From Gekko japonicus (Eukaryota), in NCBI RefSeq assembly GCF_001447785.1, contig NW_015175470.1, positions 2,545 to 66,544 on the forward strand: a stretch of 64,000 bases of DNA. Direction: 5' to 3'. The notes beneath the pieces are model-generated. The model was not told the DNA's origin, ran no database searches, and saw only the letters and a program-made list of their open reading frames with translations. A program made the position numbers and the translations under genes. The stretch's first letter is position 1, and the number at the start of each line of letters is the position of its first letter. This document shows positions 11,640-22,760 of the stretch, in pieces.

Positions 11640-11760
11640 GAAAGTGTGCATGCACACGAAAGCTCATGCCTCGAATCAACCTTTGTTGGCCTTAAAGGTG
11701 CCACTGGAGTCTAAATTTGTTCTACTACTTCAGACCAACATGGCTGACTACCGGGATCTA
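11640..11760 (-). mobile_element. Penelope-like element terminal fragment (related fragments at ~12344-12450, 24121-24225, 52885-52975)
   Basis: Shared GGTAGCC(G)TGTTGGTCTGAAG...CACCTTTAAGACCAACAAAG motif. The family assignment is from recognition only. Confidence 0.5.
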
Positions 11761-12766
11761 GCTCTGAATTGTTCAGATTTTATTTGATTATTCTATTGAT
11801 GGCAAGATATTTTATTTACTTCATTTACATCTCTCTCTTCAACACAATAGGCACTGGGAATGGTTTACCAGATTATCCCTTCTCCCATTATATCCACACA
11901 ATAACCCTGTCTGGTAGGTTAGGCTAAGAATACGTAGGCATACCAATAAACCTTATATTTCAGTGTAAGGATTCAAACCTGGGTGGTATTCTAATTCCAT
12001 GTTTTCCAAACCATTTGCCACCAATGATGTCAGGAAATTTTCCACAGCTAGTTCAAAGCTTTTAATTTTATTCCTTAATCTAGTTCCCAATACAACATGT
12101 TAGTCATGAGAAATTTATATCCACATTCTGAGACAAGGGGCACTCTGAAACATAATGTGGGAGATGCTCAGGTTCTTGAGTTCCACCGAGAAGTAAATGC
12201 TGTGCCACAGGTATTTGGATACAGTGACCACTTGGATCAAAAGAAATATCTGCAAAGGCTAATCTGAATGTATAAATTATAACATTGTAAACTTAGGAAG
12301 TTCCATATGGTCTCTTGTAAACAGGTTGAACCAAGGAGAAAATGGATTCAGGTGGGGTAGCCCTGTTGGTCTGAAGTAGCAGGACAAAGTTTGGGTCCAG
12401 GGTCACCCTTAAGACCAACAAAGTTTCATTCAAGGTATGCGTTTTCGTTGTTACCTCAGATGCTACTATTTGGTAAAACTGGGCAGTCTCTTATTTTGTT
12501 GGGGAATTAGCAAGAGCTTTTGATTACTTTATCCCCCTGCCCTCTTCCCCTTCTTTATTTCATACACATTTTAAGGCATGCTATCTTTAAGTGGCCTTGA
12601 AGTACACATGTGTGTATGCACAACATTCCAGATCCCAGACTTTGAGCTTTGGGAGCTGCTTTCCCCCCAAACACACACGCACATTCCTGAAAAGAAAGAT
12701 GCCAAGTTTCTGGATGAACATGAGGGGAGACTGAGCTACAGACTAATCAATGAGACTAGCCACTGA

Positions 12767-12966
12767 AGGGGTTGTGACTCAGTGATAGTACATCTGCTTG
12801 GCATGCAGAAGGTCCTAGGTTCAATCCCAGGTATCTCCGGCTATAAGGACCAGGCAGTAGACGATGTGAAAGACCTCAATTTGTGACCCTGGAGAGCAGC
12901 TGCCAGTCTGAGTAGACAATACTGATCACAACAAACCAAGGCAGTTCAGTATAAGGCAGATTCATG
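12767..12966 (+). mobile_element. tRNA-derived SINE with CR1-like tail (Squam2-like), uninterrupted copy
   Basis: GGGGTTGTGACTCAGTGATAG...GGTTCAATCCC head and CTGCCAGTCTGAGTAGACAATACTGA...CAGTATAAGGCAG tail. The paralog at 24546-25417 is interrupted twice. Confidence 0.7.
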
Positions 12967-13264
12967 AGCCCACTTTGAGACTAAGCAAGAATGTTTTGGA
13001 TCCATTTCAGCTGGCCAGAATTGTTTTTTAAACTGTCTTCACTCTGGAAATGTTTCTGTTATTCAGCCTTTGTTAAGACTGGTTGAGCTGGAAAAATACA
13101 GACCAAGGCATTTCAGTATAAGGCAGATTCATGTGCCCACTTTGAGACTAAGCAAGAATGTTTTGGATCCATTCCAGCTGGCCAGAATTTTTTTTAAAAC
13201 TGTCTTCACTCTGGAAATGTTTCTGTTATTCAGCCTTTGTTAAGACTGGTTGAGCTGGAAAAAT
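12935..13264. repeat. Tandem duplication of ~165 bp
   Basis: ACCAAGGCA..TTCAGTATAAGGCAG...GTTGAGCTGGAAAAAT occurs twice in unit A and once in unit B. Confidence 0.85.
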
Positions 13265-13649
13265 GTCAGCTTTTGCTTCCTCATCTGCTGGCCTACAGTT
13301 CCCAGGTGCCCCAAGGCCAAAAAGAGGGGGAAAGAGGGACTGTCCCAAAGGGCAGGGCAGAATCAATATAGACTCCAGCCCATCCAGGGAGGAGTCAGTC
13401 TTCATCCTACAGCAAGTTAGGAGACGTTCCTGCTGCCTGTGCTGATGAGGCTGCCCAGGCCACAAGCCACAGACCTGGGGGAACTCTGGGAGGCAGCAGA
13501 AATTCAGCGTCTCCAAAGTCAGCTGGACTGGGGAATGAATGGAAGTTCCCCAGCTCTCTTGGGCAAGAGAGAGAGGCTAAAGCAGAGCCAGAGGCCGATA
13601 CAAGGAGAGATCCTATTCTGAGCCCACAACCTCCACAGGTAGAGAGTAT

Positions 13650-14600
13650 NNNNNNNNNNNNNNNNNNNNNNNNNNNNNNNNNNNNNNNNNNNNNNNNNNN
13701 NNNNNNNNNNNNNNNNNNNNNNNNNNNNNNNNNNNNNNNNNNNNNNNNNNNNNNNNNNNNNNNNNNNNNNNNNNNNNNNNNNNNNNNNNNNNNNNNNNNN
13801 NNNNNNNNNNNNNNNNNNNNNNNNNNNNNNNNNNNNNNNNNNNNNNNNNNNNNNNNNNNNNNNNNNNNNNNNNNNNNNNNNNNNNNNNNNNNNNNNNNNN
13901 NNNNNNNNNNNNNNNNNNNNNNNNNNNNNNNNNNNNNNNNNNNNNNNNNNNNNNNNNNNNNNNNNNNNNNNNNNNNNNNNNNNNNNNNNNNNNNNNNNNN
14001 NNNNNNNNNNNNNNNNNNNNNNNNNNNNNNNNNNNNNNNNNNNNNNNNNNNNNNNNNNNNNNNNNNNNNNNNNNNNNNNNNNNNNNNNNNNNNNNNNNNN
14101 NNNNNNNNNNNNNNNNNNNNNNNNNNNNNNNNNNNNNNNNNNNNNNNNNNNNNNNNNNNNNNNNNNNNNNNNNNNNNNNNNNNNNNNNNNNNNNNNNNNN
14201 NNNNNNNNNNNNNNNNNNNNNNNNNNNNNNNNNNNNNNNNNNNNNNNNNNNNNNNNNNNNNNNNNNNNNNNNNNNNNNNNNNNNNNNNNNNNNNNNNNNN
14301 NNNNNNNNNNNNNNNNNNNNNNNNNNNNNNNNNNNNNNNNNNNNNNNNNNNNNNNNNNNNNNNNNNNNNNNNNNNNNNNNNNNNNNNNNNNNNNNNNNNN
14401 NNNNNNNNNNNNNNNNNNNNNNNNNNNNNNNNNNNNNNNNNNNNNNNNNNNNNNNNNNNNNNNNNNNNNNNNNNNNNNNNNNNNNNNNNNNNNNNNNNNN
14501 NNNNNNNNNNNNNNNNNNNNNNNNNNNNNNNNNNNNNNNNNNNNNNNNNNNNNNNNNNNNNNNNNNNNNNNNNNNNNNNNNNNNNNNNNNNNNNNNNNNN
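13650..14600. other. Assembly gap (N run)
   Basis: 951 Ns. Confidence 1.
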
Positions 14601-14986
14601 TAACGGACTATGAACAGGACGAAGAAATTAAATCTGTAATGATCACCTGGATGAGAGATATAGGAGAAATAGGGGAAGAAAAATGGACATCTGTGTGGAA
14701 AATGACCAAATCTATGAGAGCGATAGCATATAAAGAAAATGTGTTTAAGATGTTTCATAGATGGCACTGGGCACCTGACAAGTTAGCTAAATGTTATAGG
14801 GGATACTCAAATATGTGTTGGAAATGCAAAGACTGTAAGGGGACCTTCTATCATATGTGGTGGGAATGCAATAAGGTACAAGGATTCTGGAAAATGGTGA
14901 AAAGAATATTTCAAGAAAGCCTGAGTATAAATGTAACATTAAAACCGGAAATATATTTACTAAATATGATCCCGAAAGGGTACAAT
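14601..14986 (+). mobile_element. L1/Tx1-clade LINE ORF2 C-terminal fragment
   Basis: KENVFKMFHRWHWAP...CWKCKDCKGTFYHMWWECNKV zinc-finger region. Confidence 0.8.
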
Positions 14987-15594
14987 AAATCTCCAGGTGA
15001 GGGCTGGAGATCACTGAAAATTACAACTGCTCTTCAGGTAGCAGAGATCAGTTCCTCTGGAGAAAATGGTGGACCAGAGTCATTATACCCTGCTGAGGTC
15101 ACCACAGCACATTGACACTGAGTGCCCAAGGCCTTGGCGCTCTCCCAGAGCCTCTTTCTAGAGCTCATTGTATTTATTTCCACAACAGGCCTTATTCCTA
15201 GTAAATTATATCGGAAGGGGGAGGAGAAGGGTTGGAGGTGGGGTGGTTCTGTATGTCAGAGATGGTATACAGTCCAGTAAGACTGAGAAGGTAAAAGAAT
15301 TAGATTTGCTTATGGAAACGCTATGAGTCATATGTGAATATAAAGTTCTAAAAATAAAAATTGTAATAAAAAAAAGATGGATGAGAATGATAAAATAAAA
15401 TAATGAATGATTTAAAGGTAGTGGGTAGAGTCAGCCTAACCCTAATGGGACTGAGAACAGTTATTATTAGGCTAGCCAACCACTAGTTGGTGGATGGAGA
15501 TCTCCCAGAATTACAACTGATCTCAGGATTAGGATTATCAATTCCCCTTGAGAAAATGGCTGGTTTGGATGGTGGAGTCTATGACATTATACAC

Positions 15595-16007
15595 CAGTGA
15601 GTGATACCCCTGTAGGCCTCTCTCTGGAACTACAGCTCAACTAAACTTTATGGGAGAAGATTTTAAACAACCAAGCACAGCCATCTTACAAACACAGGTG
15701 ACTGCCATTTCGTTACACCTACCAACAGCCACTGAGGGAAGAGTTAGTCCAACACAGGAGGCAAGCAGGAGAAGCATCTTCATCAAGAGGGAAAGCCATT
15801 TGCCAGGAATTCTGACAGGGCACAGTGGCTGAAGGGGGAGTGGGCGGGGAAGAGGAGCAGACCCAGCACCCGGTCAATGGCATGCGAGTACAAAAAGGAG
15901 AGCAATGTAAACTGCTTTGTTTCCCCAATGGCTGAGGGAGTGCATTGCACAGCCAACGGGAGAGCTGCAAAGTGCCACTCCAAAACAGAATTATATATAA
16001 GGAGAGA
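15595..16007 (-). mobile_element. Helitron 5' segment in inverted orientation
   Basis: Minus strand reads A|TCTCTCCTTATATATAATTCTGTTTTGGAGTGGC and is the reverse complement of ~43953-44340. Confidence 0.75.
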
Positions 16008-16332
16008 TATTGTGAGCAGAGTGAGTGGGTACCCCTCTATTAAATAAAAAAGGTAAAGGGGTGGCAGATAAAAGGTAGGAAGGGTGGTGAGTGAAAAGAA
16101 GAGAATGAATCAGGGCAAAAGAGGAGAATATGAGGGGGCTGTCAGGAGGAAGAGGGAAGTGAAGTATCGGCATAAGTCCTTGTGGCTTTCTGCTTGTTAA
16201 TTGTAATATTCCTCTGCAACAACTTTTCAGGGAAATGGTATTCCATGCCTGCAGAATGATCCACATATTTATTTAATTATTTATTATTTTATTTATACCC
16301 CACGCTCCCTGTCAAGGCAGGCTCAGGGAGGT

Positions 16333-17058
16333 TGTTGCGGGGCAAAGCGCCCCGCTTCTGCCCCGGGGCCCACAAGACAAACCCTCCCTGCCAGCAGTGC
16401 CATAACCCACAATGCACCCTGACACCCCAACTCACCAGCGGTGGCGGAGGAACGAGGAACGATGATGACACAGCCCCGCGGCAGCCAGAGGACATCCTGG
16501 ATGGAAGCCAGAGCTAGCCATGAAGTGACGCAGAAGGCCATGTGTGACCCCACCCCCACCCGACACTCCAAAGACTGGCCAGACAGGGGCACAGTCAGGC
16601 AATCGCAGAGGCCCTGGAGGAGCCCAGAGGATGGAAGGCCAGAGATGCAGATGGCCAGAGGCCCTAGGTGGGAGGGGCAGGAAGCTGGCCTGGCATCCTG
16701 GGCTTTGAAGGGAGGTGGGGCAAAGGGGGAGGTGTGGAAAGGGAAGGGGGAGTAATAAAAGGAAGAAGCTGGGAGCGGGTCAAGGAGGAGAGACACCACT
16801 GATATTGACAGGGCAGAGAAAGACGCCTATAGAGAGAAGAGAGCCCAGGAGGTTGCTGACACAACCACGAGTCATTGAGTGATGGGGAGAGTGGTGAAGG
16901 AACCCGCTCAGTGGCCCATCATTCTGAGACCCCTCAAGTTCCCGCTTCAACCCCCAGCTGCTCCCCTCGTCCCTGGGTACCCTCCCTGGTTGGCACCACA
17001 GCGACAGATGGAATGGCTTCAGGAGGGCAGCCAGTGCCGGTGCTCGGGGACAGTGACA
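16333..17058. mobile_element. Probable solo LTR
   Basis: TGTTG...TGACA termini, 726 bp, GC-rich, internal TAATAAAA. Absent in unit A (GGGCAGTGTAACAC at ~2620). The TSD is degenerate (GAGGT/GCAGT). Confidence 0.65.
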
Positions 17059-17224
17059 GCAGTATAACACATAACAGACTGGAGAAGTACATCAATATTT
17101 TACTTACATGGTCAGCAAAAAGACATTATTGAATACAAATGAGGGTGCACTGCATGTCCTCTAGCAGATTTACAAATGTATAGTATGAGATGGGTTACTC
17201 GTACACATGATAATCCTACACTTG

Positions 17225-17442
17225 TTGAGTGGCAGCTGAATGAATAGGCTCCAGTCAAACGAGTCCATAGATTACATAATTAAAGATTACCATGATATTC
17301 TTGGTGGTGCAATTCCCTGATCCAGCTCCCTGAAGAAAACAGAGATGACTCACTCTGTACTTCACAACACAGGTGTCTTCCAATAAAGACCAAACTCAAG
17401 ACTCAAAGACACACTCGTCTACTGAGAGACGCTATGGAAGAG
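17225..17442 (+). promoter_or_regulatory. Putative OR promoter and non-coding exon 1 for the OR at 20139
   Basis: Near-identical to 2780-2990. Donor GAG|GTGAGT at 17442/17443. Confidence 0.6.
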
Positions 17443-18492
17443 GTGAGTTTTATCCTGTTGTATTTGATCATCAAATACATTTGGCAGTCTCTTCAGATGC
17501 TCTTGACTTCAGTTTTGAATGGAATGTAAAGACTAAAGAGCTTTATAGAAGAGGAAATTTAGAAACTAAGATCTGTCATATTTTACAGCTATCTTTCTCT
17601 TGGAAAGAACAGTGCAAATGGAGGTATATTGTATTGCAACTCTTTGTTTCATTCACATGAGTTTATGAACCCATTGCTTTTGCTAACAAATATTCTTCGG
17701 TTATTCAGTAATGCAGTATTCTGAGTTGGTGGGTTTCTTTGTTGCAAACAAAATTGTGGATGATCTTAGATATAAATGGGGATTCTCCATGTGTGATATT
17801 TCATGTTGTTTGGTAAATTTGAGATGAGATTTTTATTAATTGTATGGGAAGACTGAATAAACAGAGTTAACAAAAGAACTTTGAGATTAATAGTAGAACT
17901 GAGGTTCAGAAGCCATTTCTTCGGGGGGGGGGGAAGACTCCCAACTTAGTAGGTCAACAAAGAAGATGGTAAAATGGGGGAGTGGGCATAGTGGTTCAGC
18001 ACTAATTAAAAGGTACCTCTGGCTTCATCTACCTTTTCCACTGTTGCACAGGGGAAGAAGACGCTCTTTAGAACACCCAAATATGCTATAGTAAGGATTG
18101 TGAGACCAAAATTGACCAACACTATGTGTGATGGGGATTGTAGTAAGGAGCTGAATTTGATGAGATTCAGTGAACACCAGACTGGGGCACATCTTGTGTA
18201 AGCAACCTTAGTAATGTTGAGGAATTTTTACACACACACAAAACCCCCCTCTGAATCTTAGTTCATTTCCATCAAATGGAGGAGGGTCATTTAACATATA
18301 CTCATCCAATTCAAGAATTCAAGAAACATCTGTAGCTGGGTCTCTGAGTTGGATAGAAACATTTATCTTTGAATGTTTTATAGCTGAAAAGATCCATCAA
18401 TTAATATTGTATTCATGGTATTTTTTCAAACTGTCGGCTTCTAATTCTTTCAGCTGATTTCTGGCCCTTGTCTTTTCCATTATACGCCATTA

Positions 18493-19435
18493 CTAGGAGT
18501 AAGGCCCATTGTGGGAAGAAATACAACGAACTCTAGAAAGAAGCTGCAGGTGAATGTCCCAGCTATGGCTGGTGGGGCGGCAGAGGGAAGGGGATAATAG
18601 AAGGAGGCAAGCCATGTTTATTTCCTTCTTCTTAGCTATAAGGCAGGGCTGACTCAAGTCATTTTGCTGCCTCAAGTGGGTAGTTTGAGAGGACAACCTC
18701 ATGGTAACAGGTATGGTTCCCTCCACCCCTGACTTATGTTGATTTGAGGTTATGCAGTGGCAGCTAAGGTAGAAAATCACCTCCTCCTATGCCATGTTTT
18801 CTGGGTTCCAAGTGTCTGGAATGTGGTTCCATAGCCAATTACACGGTTGCCAACTCTGGCTTGGGATATACCTGAAGATTTGAGGGGTAGAGCCTAGGGA
18901 GGCAACGGTTTGGGTTGGGGATGGAATTGAGCAGGATATCATGCCATAGAGACCACTGCCCAAAGCAGCCATATTCTCCAGGGGAACTGATCTTGGTCAT
19001 CTGGAGATCAGTTGTAATAGCTGGGAAATTTTCTGTAGGGGAAATGATGTGCTGTGACTGGGGAACACGGTGATTTCTGGGAGATCTCCAGGCCCCACAG
19101 GGAGATTGGCAACTCCAGTGACCATTTAAGGGAAGATTGGGATATGTATTTTACCTCAGGACACATTCAATGACTCCCTACAGCAACAGCAAACTGTTTA
19201 GAATATTAGAGGCAAAGGCCAATCAGGCCGCATATGCAAATGACCTCTGTGTTCCAACTGGCTATGAGGGGGAGAGGAACAGCAAACTGTTTGGAATGTT
19301 GGAGGCAGGACTCAGGCAACGCAGCCAGTGGATCAGGGCTGCTTCTGAGTGATACTTCATGGAGCCAACTGATTTAGGAGCCTGTGGAATGTTCAGAAAG
19401 TACCACCCCACTTCACAATTATATATAAGGAGAGA
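18493..19435 (-). mobile_element. Complete non-autonomous Helitron (943 bp)
   Basis: Minus strand 5' TCTCTCCTTATATATAA..., 3' imperfect hairpin then CTAG. Sits between A18492 and T19436 with no TSD. The unit A empty site reads ATTA|TGTGCATTT (~4306). Confidence 0.85.
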
Positions 19436-19996
19436 TGTGCATTTATAAACACTGGCTCCAAAGGTTCTGTTCCACAAATAGTGGAGCTTCTCTCCAGTGC
19501 AAGAAGACTTCTCCCGGTGTAACATACCTCTTCTCATGAAAGAAAGTGACAGATGAAGGATCTTCCATTCATGGAACAGAACCCATGAAACTCAGAGAAA
19601 CAGTGTCACTACAATGTCCATGGTTTCATTACTGCTGACAAACGTACATATTATGTGAAATAAGGATATTTAAATTGTAGGGAGAAGCTTTCTGGTTTTG
19701 TCAGAATTGCTTTTACTTGACTCTGAGCACTCTGATATAGATGTATATTCTTTTCTTGAATAAACAAATAAGGATGGTTATGGGGACAAAAAGATGTGGG
19801 GGGGGGAGGTGTTCAGACAGTGAGGATAAGGTTCAAAATGTTTTTAAAAATATAATAGACATCATACCTTTCTTCCAAAGTTCAAGTTCCAAGATGTAAC
19901 TAAGCAGACTTTGTATTTTGGTTATTCTTCTTGACTTAAATTTACGAACAAGCTTGGAAGATAAACTTAAACACTAATAGAAGATATATTACATAA

Positions 19997-20016
19997 TAGA
20001 TAGATGATAGATAGAT

Positions 20017-20065
<49 letters not shown>
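19997..20065. repeat. (GATA)n microsatellite
   Basis: About 16 GATA/TAGA units just upstream of the OR splice acceptor. Shorter and degenerate in unit A (~4890-4915). Confidence 0.95.
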
Positions 20066-20066
<1 letters not shown>

Positions 20067-20138
20067 ACTACTATGTATACAATACTTCTTCTCCAAAAGT
20101 GGATGTACTTCATCAATAACTTTCCATCTCTCCACAGA

Positions 20139-21092
20139 ATGGCTGTAAGGACTCAGATCACCAATCATTCCATTGTGAAAGAGTTTCTTCTGATGACATT
20201 TTCAGATGACCGTGACATGCAAATTTTGCACTTTGTGATTTTCCTTTCCACTTATTTCTTAGCTGTAACAGGGAACTGTCTCATTGTCATAGCCGTGGCC
20301 TTGAACCATCACCTCCACACACCCATGTATTTCTTTTTGGTGAACTTGTCAGTGATCGATACCTGTGTGATTTCGACCACTGTCCCCAAATCCATGGCCA
20401 TTTCCTTGACAAACAACAACCATATTTCTTTCTCTGGATGTGTCACACAGATCTTCTTTGTTGTCATGTGTGTCACTGCTGAGCTTGCCATCCTCACTGT
20501 TATGGCTTATGACCGCTACGTAGCCATCTGCCGTCCTCTGCAGTACAGATTAATCATGAATTGGGATGCCTGTGCTCAGATGGCAGCTGCTACCTGGATA
20601 AGCAGTGTGATGCATGCAGTGTTAGAAACTGGTGTCACATTTAGTTTAAGCTTCTGTCGATCCAATCTTATTGAGCAATTTTTCTGTGACATCCCTCAGC
20701 TACAAAAGATCTCTTGCACTGATACAAAAGTTAATGAACGACTGATTCTCATTCTTGGGCTTATTGTGGACTCTTTTATGTTTTTATTCATCTTTATTTC
20801 CTATGGCTACATCTTCTCTACGGTACTGAAGATTCCATCCATTCAAGGCAGATACAAAGCCTTCTCCACCTGCACTCCCCACTTGGTTGTCTTTTCTTTA
20901 TTTATTATCACCGGTGTCTTTTCCTACATGAGGCCCAAAGCACTTTCCTCTCCAACTCTGGATTTGATCTCTGCTGTTGTGTATGCTGTTTTACCACCAG
21001 TCCTAAATCCAATCATTTATAGCCTCAGGAACAAGGATATCAAAGAGGGTATGTGGAAAATACTCCTCCAAATTAAGAAATTAATTGCATGA
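20139..21092 (+). CDS. Olfactory receptor, group gamma (OR14-like), 317 aa, intact; close paralog of 5005-5955
   Basis: All OR motifs present (MAYDRYVAICRPLQY variant). Acceptor ends at 20137 and the ATG is at 20139. Confidence 0.95.
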   Translation: MAVRTQITNHSIVKEFLLMTFSDDRDMQILHFVIFLSTYFLAVTGNCLIVIAVALNHHLHTPMYFFLVNLSVIDTCVISTTVPKSMAISLTNNNHISFSGCVTQIFFVVMCVTAELAILTVMAYDRYVAICRPLQYRLIMNWDACAQMAAATWISSVMHAVLETGVTFSLSFCRSNLIEQFFCDIPQLQKISCTDTKVNERLILILGLIVDSFMFLFIFISYGYIFSTVLKIPSIQGRYKAFSTCTPHLVVFSLFIITGVFSYMRPKALSSPTLDLISAVVYAVLPPVLNPIIYSLRNKDIKEGMWKILLQIKKLIA

Positions 21093-22584
21093 TTTCTTAA
21101 GAAGAAAAGAGAGTACTGAAAAAGAGGCAAGCAAAAAATCCCTTCTCTAGTTTGAGAGATATTAACAAATAATGCCTGATATTAACAAATAATAGGTCCA
21201 AGCCCAGCCACAGGAATGTCTTTGTCCCACCCCCTCTGAATGGAGCATGAATCTGAGGGATTGTTCAATCAGAATAGCATTTGAGATGTTGTATCTATGC
21301 AACCTCTGTCTCCTCTAAGTAGGCACTTTGCTGCACCATGAACCCTCCCTCACTGTCAGTTTTTTGTAATAGCAATGAGTGAGGTACTTGCTCACTTCTT
21401 GTTCAAGGAGGAAATTTGGGGAGTCCTTTCTCAAACTGTCAAAAAGAAGGGCCATTTTTGCCTGCTTCACATTATTGGAAAAGGAAGGTAAATATCTTCT
21501 GGATTGGTCAATTTATCCATTTATTTAGAATATTTTGAAGCTGGCTCTTCAGGTTCCTGCTCGGGGAAGCTTAAGTAATAGGTTTTTTTGGGGTCCTATG
21601 TAGGGATTAGTTGGCAAGAGCAGTGTGGGATGGGGAGAAAAGCAAAAAGAACCTTGATGAGCATTCTAGGGAATTCAAGGATGAAGAAAGCTTTGCTGAA
21701 TCTAATGGTTGACTCGTTTGAGGAAATTGATGAGGTGACTACAATGGATGAAGTAGCATCACTGAATGCTAGAGTTAACGAACTAACAGGGATAGTGATA
21801 AGGCAAAGGCATTTGATACATAATTATAGGAATACCGGTACAACAGCACAAACAATGCTTGGGTCTGAGCTTAGGTTGGTTGTCGGAATGCTAATATCAT
21901 ATAGGATGACATATTAGTTATGCATTGCACGTTGAAAGGGAAATAAAGTGCTAAATGCATTACTATGGCAGATCTTTCATTGATAAAGTCCCAGGTTAAC
22001 TCATTGCTTGAGTTGCTTCTCTTCATTCTGGGATGCAGAGACAATATTGCAAACATCCCTTATTGTTTGTGCTACACTGTGATTTAGTGCATTGTTCTCT
22101 AATTTTCTTGGTTGTATGTACTATATCGCTCTTGCTAGCTGTAAACCATCTCAGCAGAGAAGGCAAACTATAAATTAAGGAAATGAAGTAAGCCAATAAA
22201 TAAATTACAAAAATATGAAATCCACTGTAAGAAAACCCAGCCTGGAAATCAGCTTTACACAGATTATAAGGGGACTGAATGCATATTATTAAGCAACAGC
22301 AGCCCATCCTTCTGCTGTCATGTGGACATCAGCCCATGAGCTTCTCCAGGTCTCAGAATAGGGCAAAGAAGGGATTGCACCACCTGTTTCATCGCTTTCC
22401 TCTGAATGCCTGTTCTTGCGATCCTGCATCATAATTCATCCCTTCTTCCTCAGCCTGTTTTGGGATTTGCTTTATACAGGTTAGGTTGGGCCCAGCCTCA
22501 TTCCCAGCCAATCCTCTGCGGGCAGCCCAAAAGTACTGTACATGCAACATGGCTTTATGTTCCCTAATTATATTTGATGACCAT

Positions 22585-22760
22585 ACATTTGTTGACTGGC
22601 AGCTGAACACATGGACTCCATTCCATTCTGTTCTAGGTGGTGCAATTCCCTGATGCAAGTCTGCACAGAAAATAGAGATGATGCACATGACTCTTGAACA
22701 TTTCTTCCTATAAAGACCAAACTCAGCTACCAAAGGGCTGAGTTTTAACCTCTTAGAACA
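22585..22760 (+). promoter_or_regulatory. Orphan OR promoter/exon-1 cassette (donor reads CT)
   Basis: GGTGGTGCAATTCCCTGAT and CTATAAAGACCAAACTCA retained. The donor position reads GG|CTGAGTTTT (22738). No OR CDS follows. Confidence 0.6.

Larger units (their letters stand above)
2180..13274. repeat. Segmental duplication unit A (paralogous to ~15897-25561)
   Basis: Collinear similarity throughout, e.g. 2280~16010, 2640~17078, 5005~20139, 9300~22100, 12100~23900. Homology ends at ...GAAAATGTCAGCTTTTGCT. Confidence 0.9.
13272..15201 (+). mobile_element. Non-autonomous Helitron, body and 3' end (5' end displaced; contains gap and L1 fragment)
   Basis: 13272-13649 matches 44351-44558. 14990-15201 matches 46600-46812. 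Ends with an imperfect hairpin then CCTAG|T. Confidence 0.7.

Noticed and set aside
12767-12840. tRNA-like sequences (also SINE heads at ~4226, 10830, 57556) and 5S-like sequences
   Set aside because: They are degenerate and continue into SINE bodies and tails, so they are not functional RNA genes.
13613-14767. Long ORFs spanning N runs (also 44369-45314, 36523-37145)
   Set aside because: Artefacts of translating Ns.
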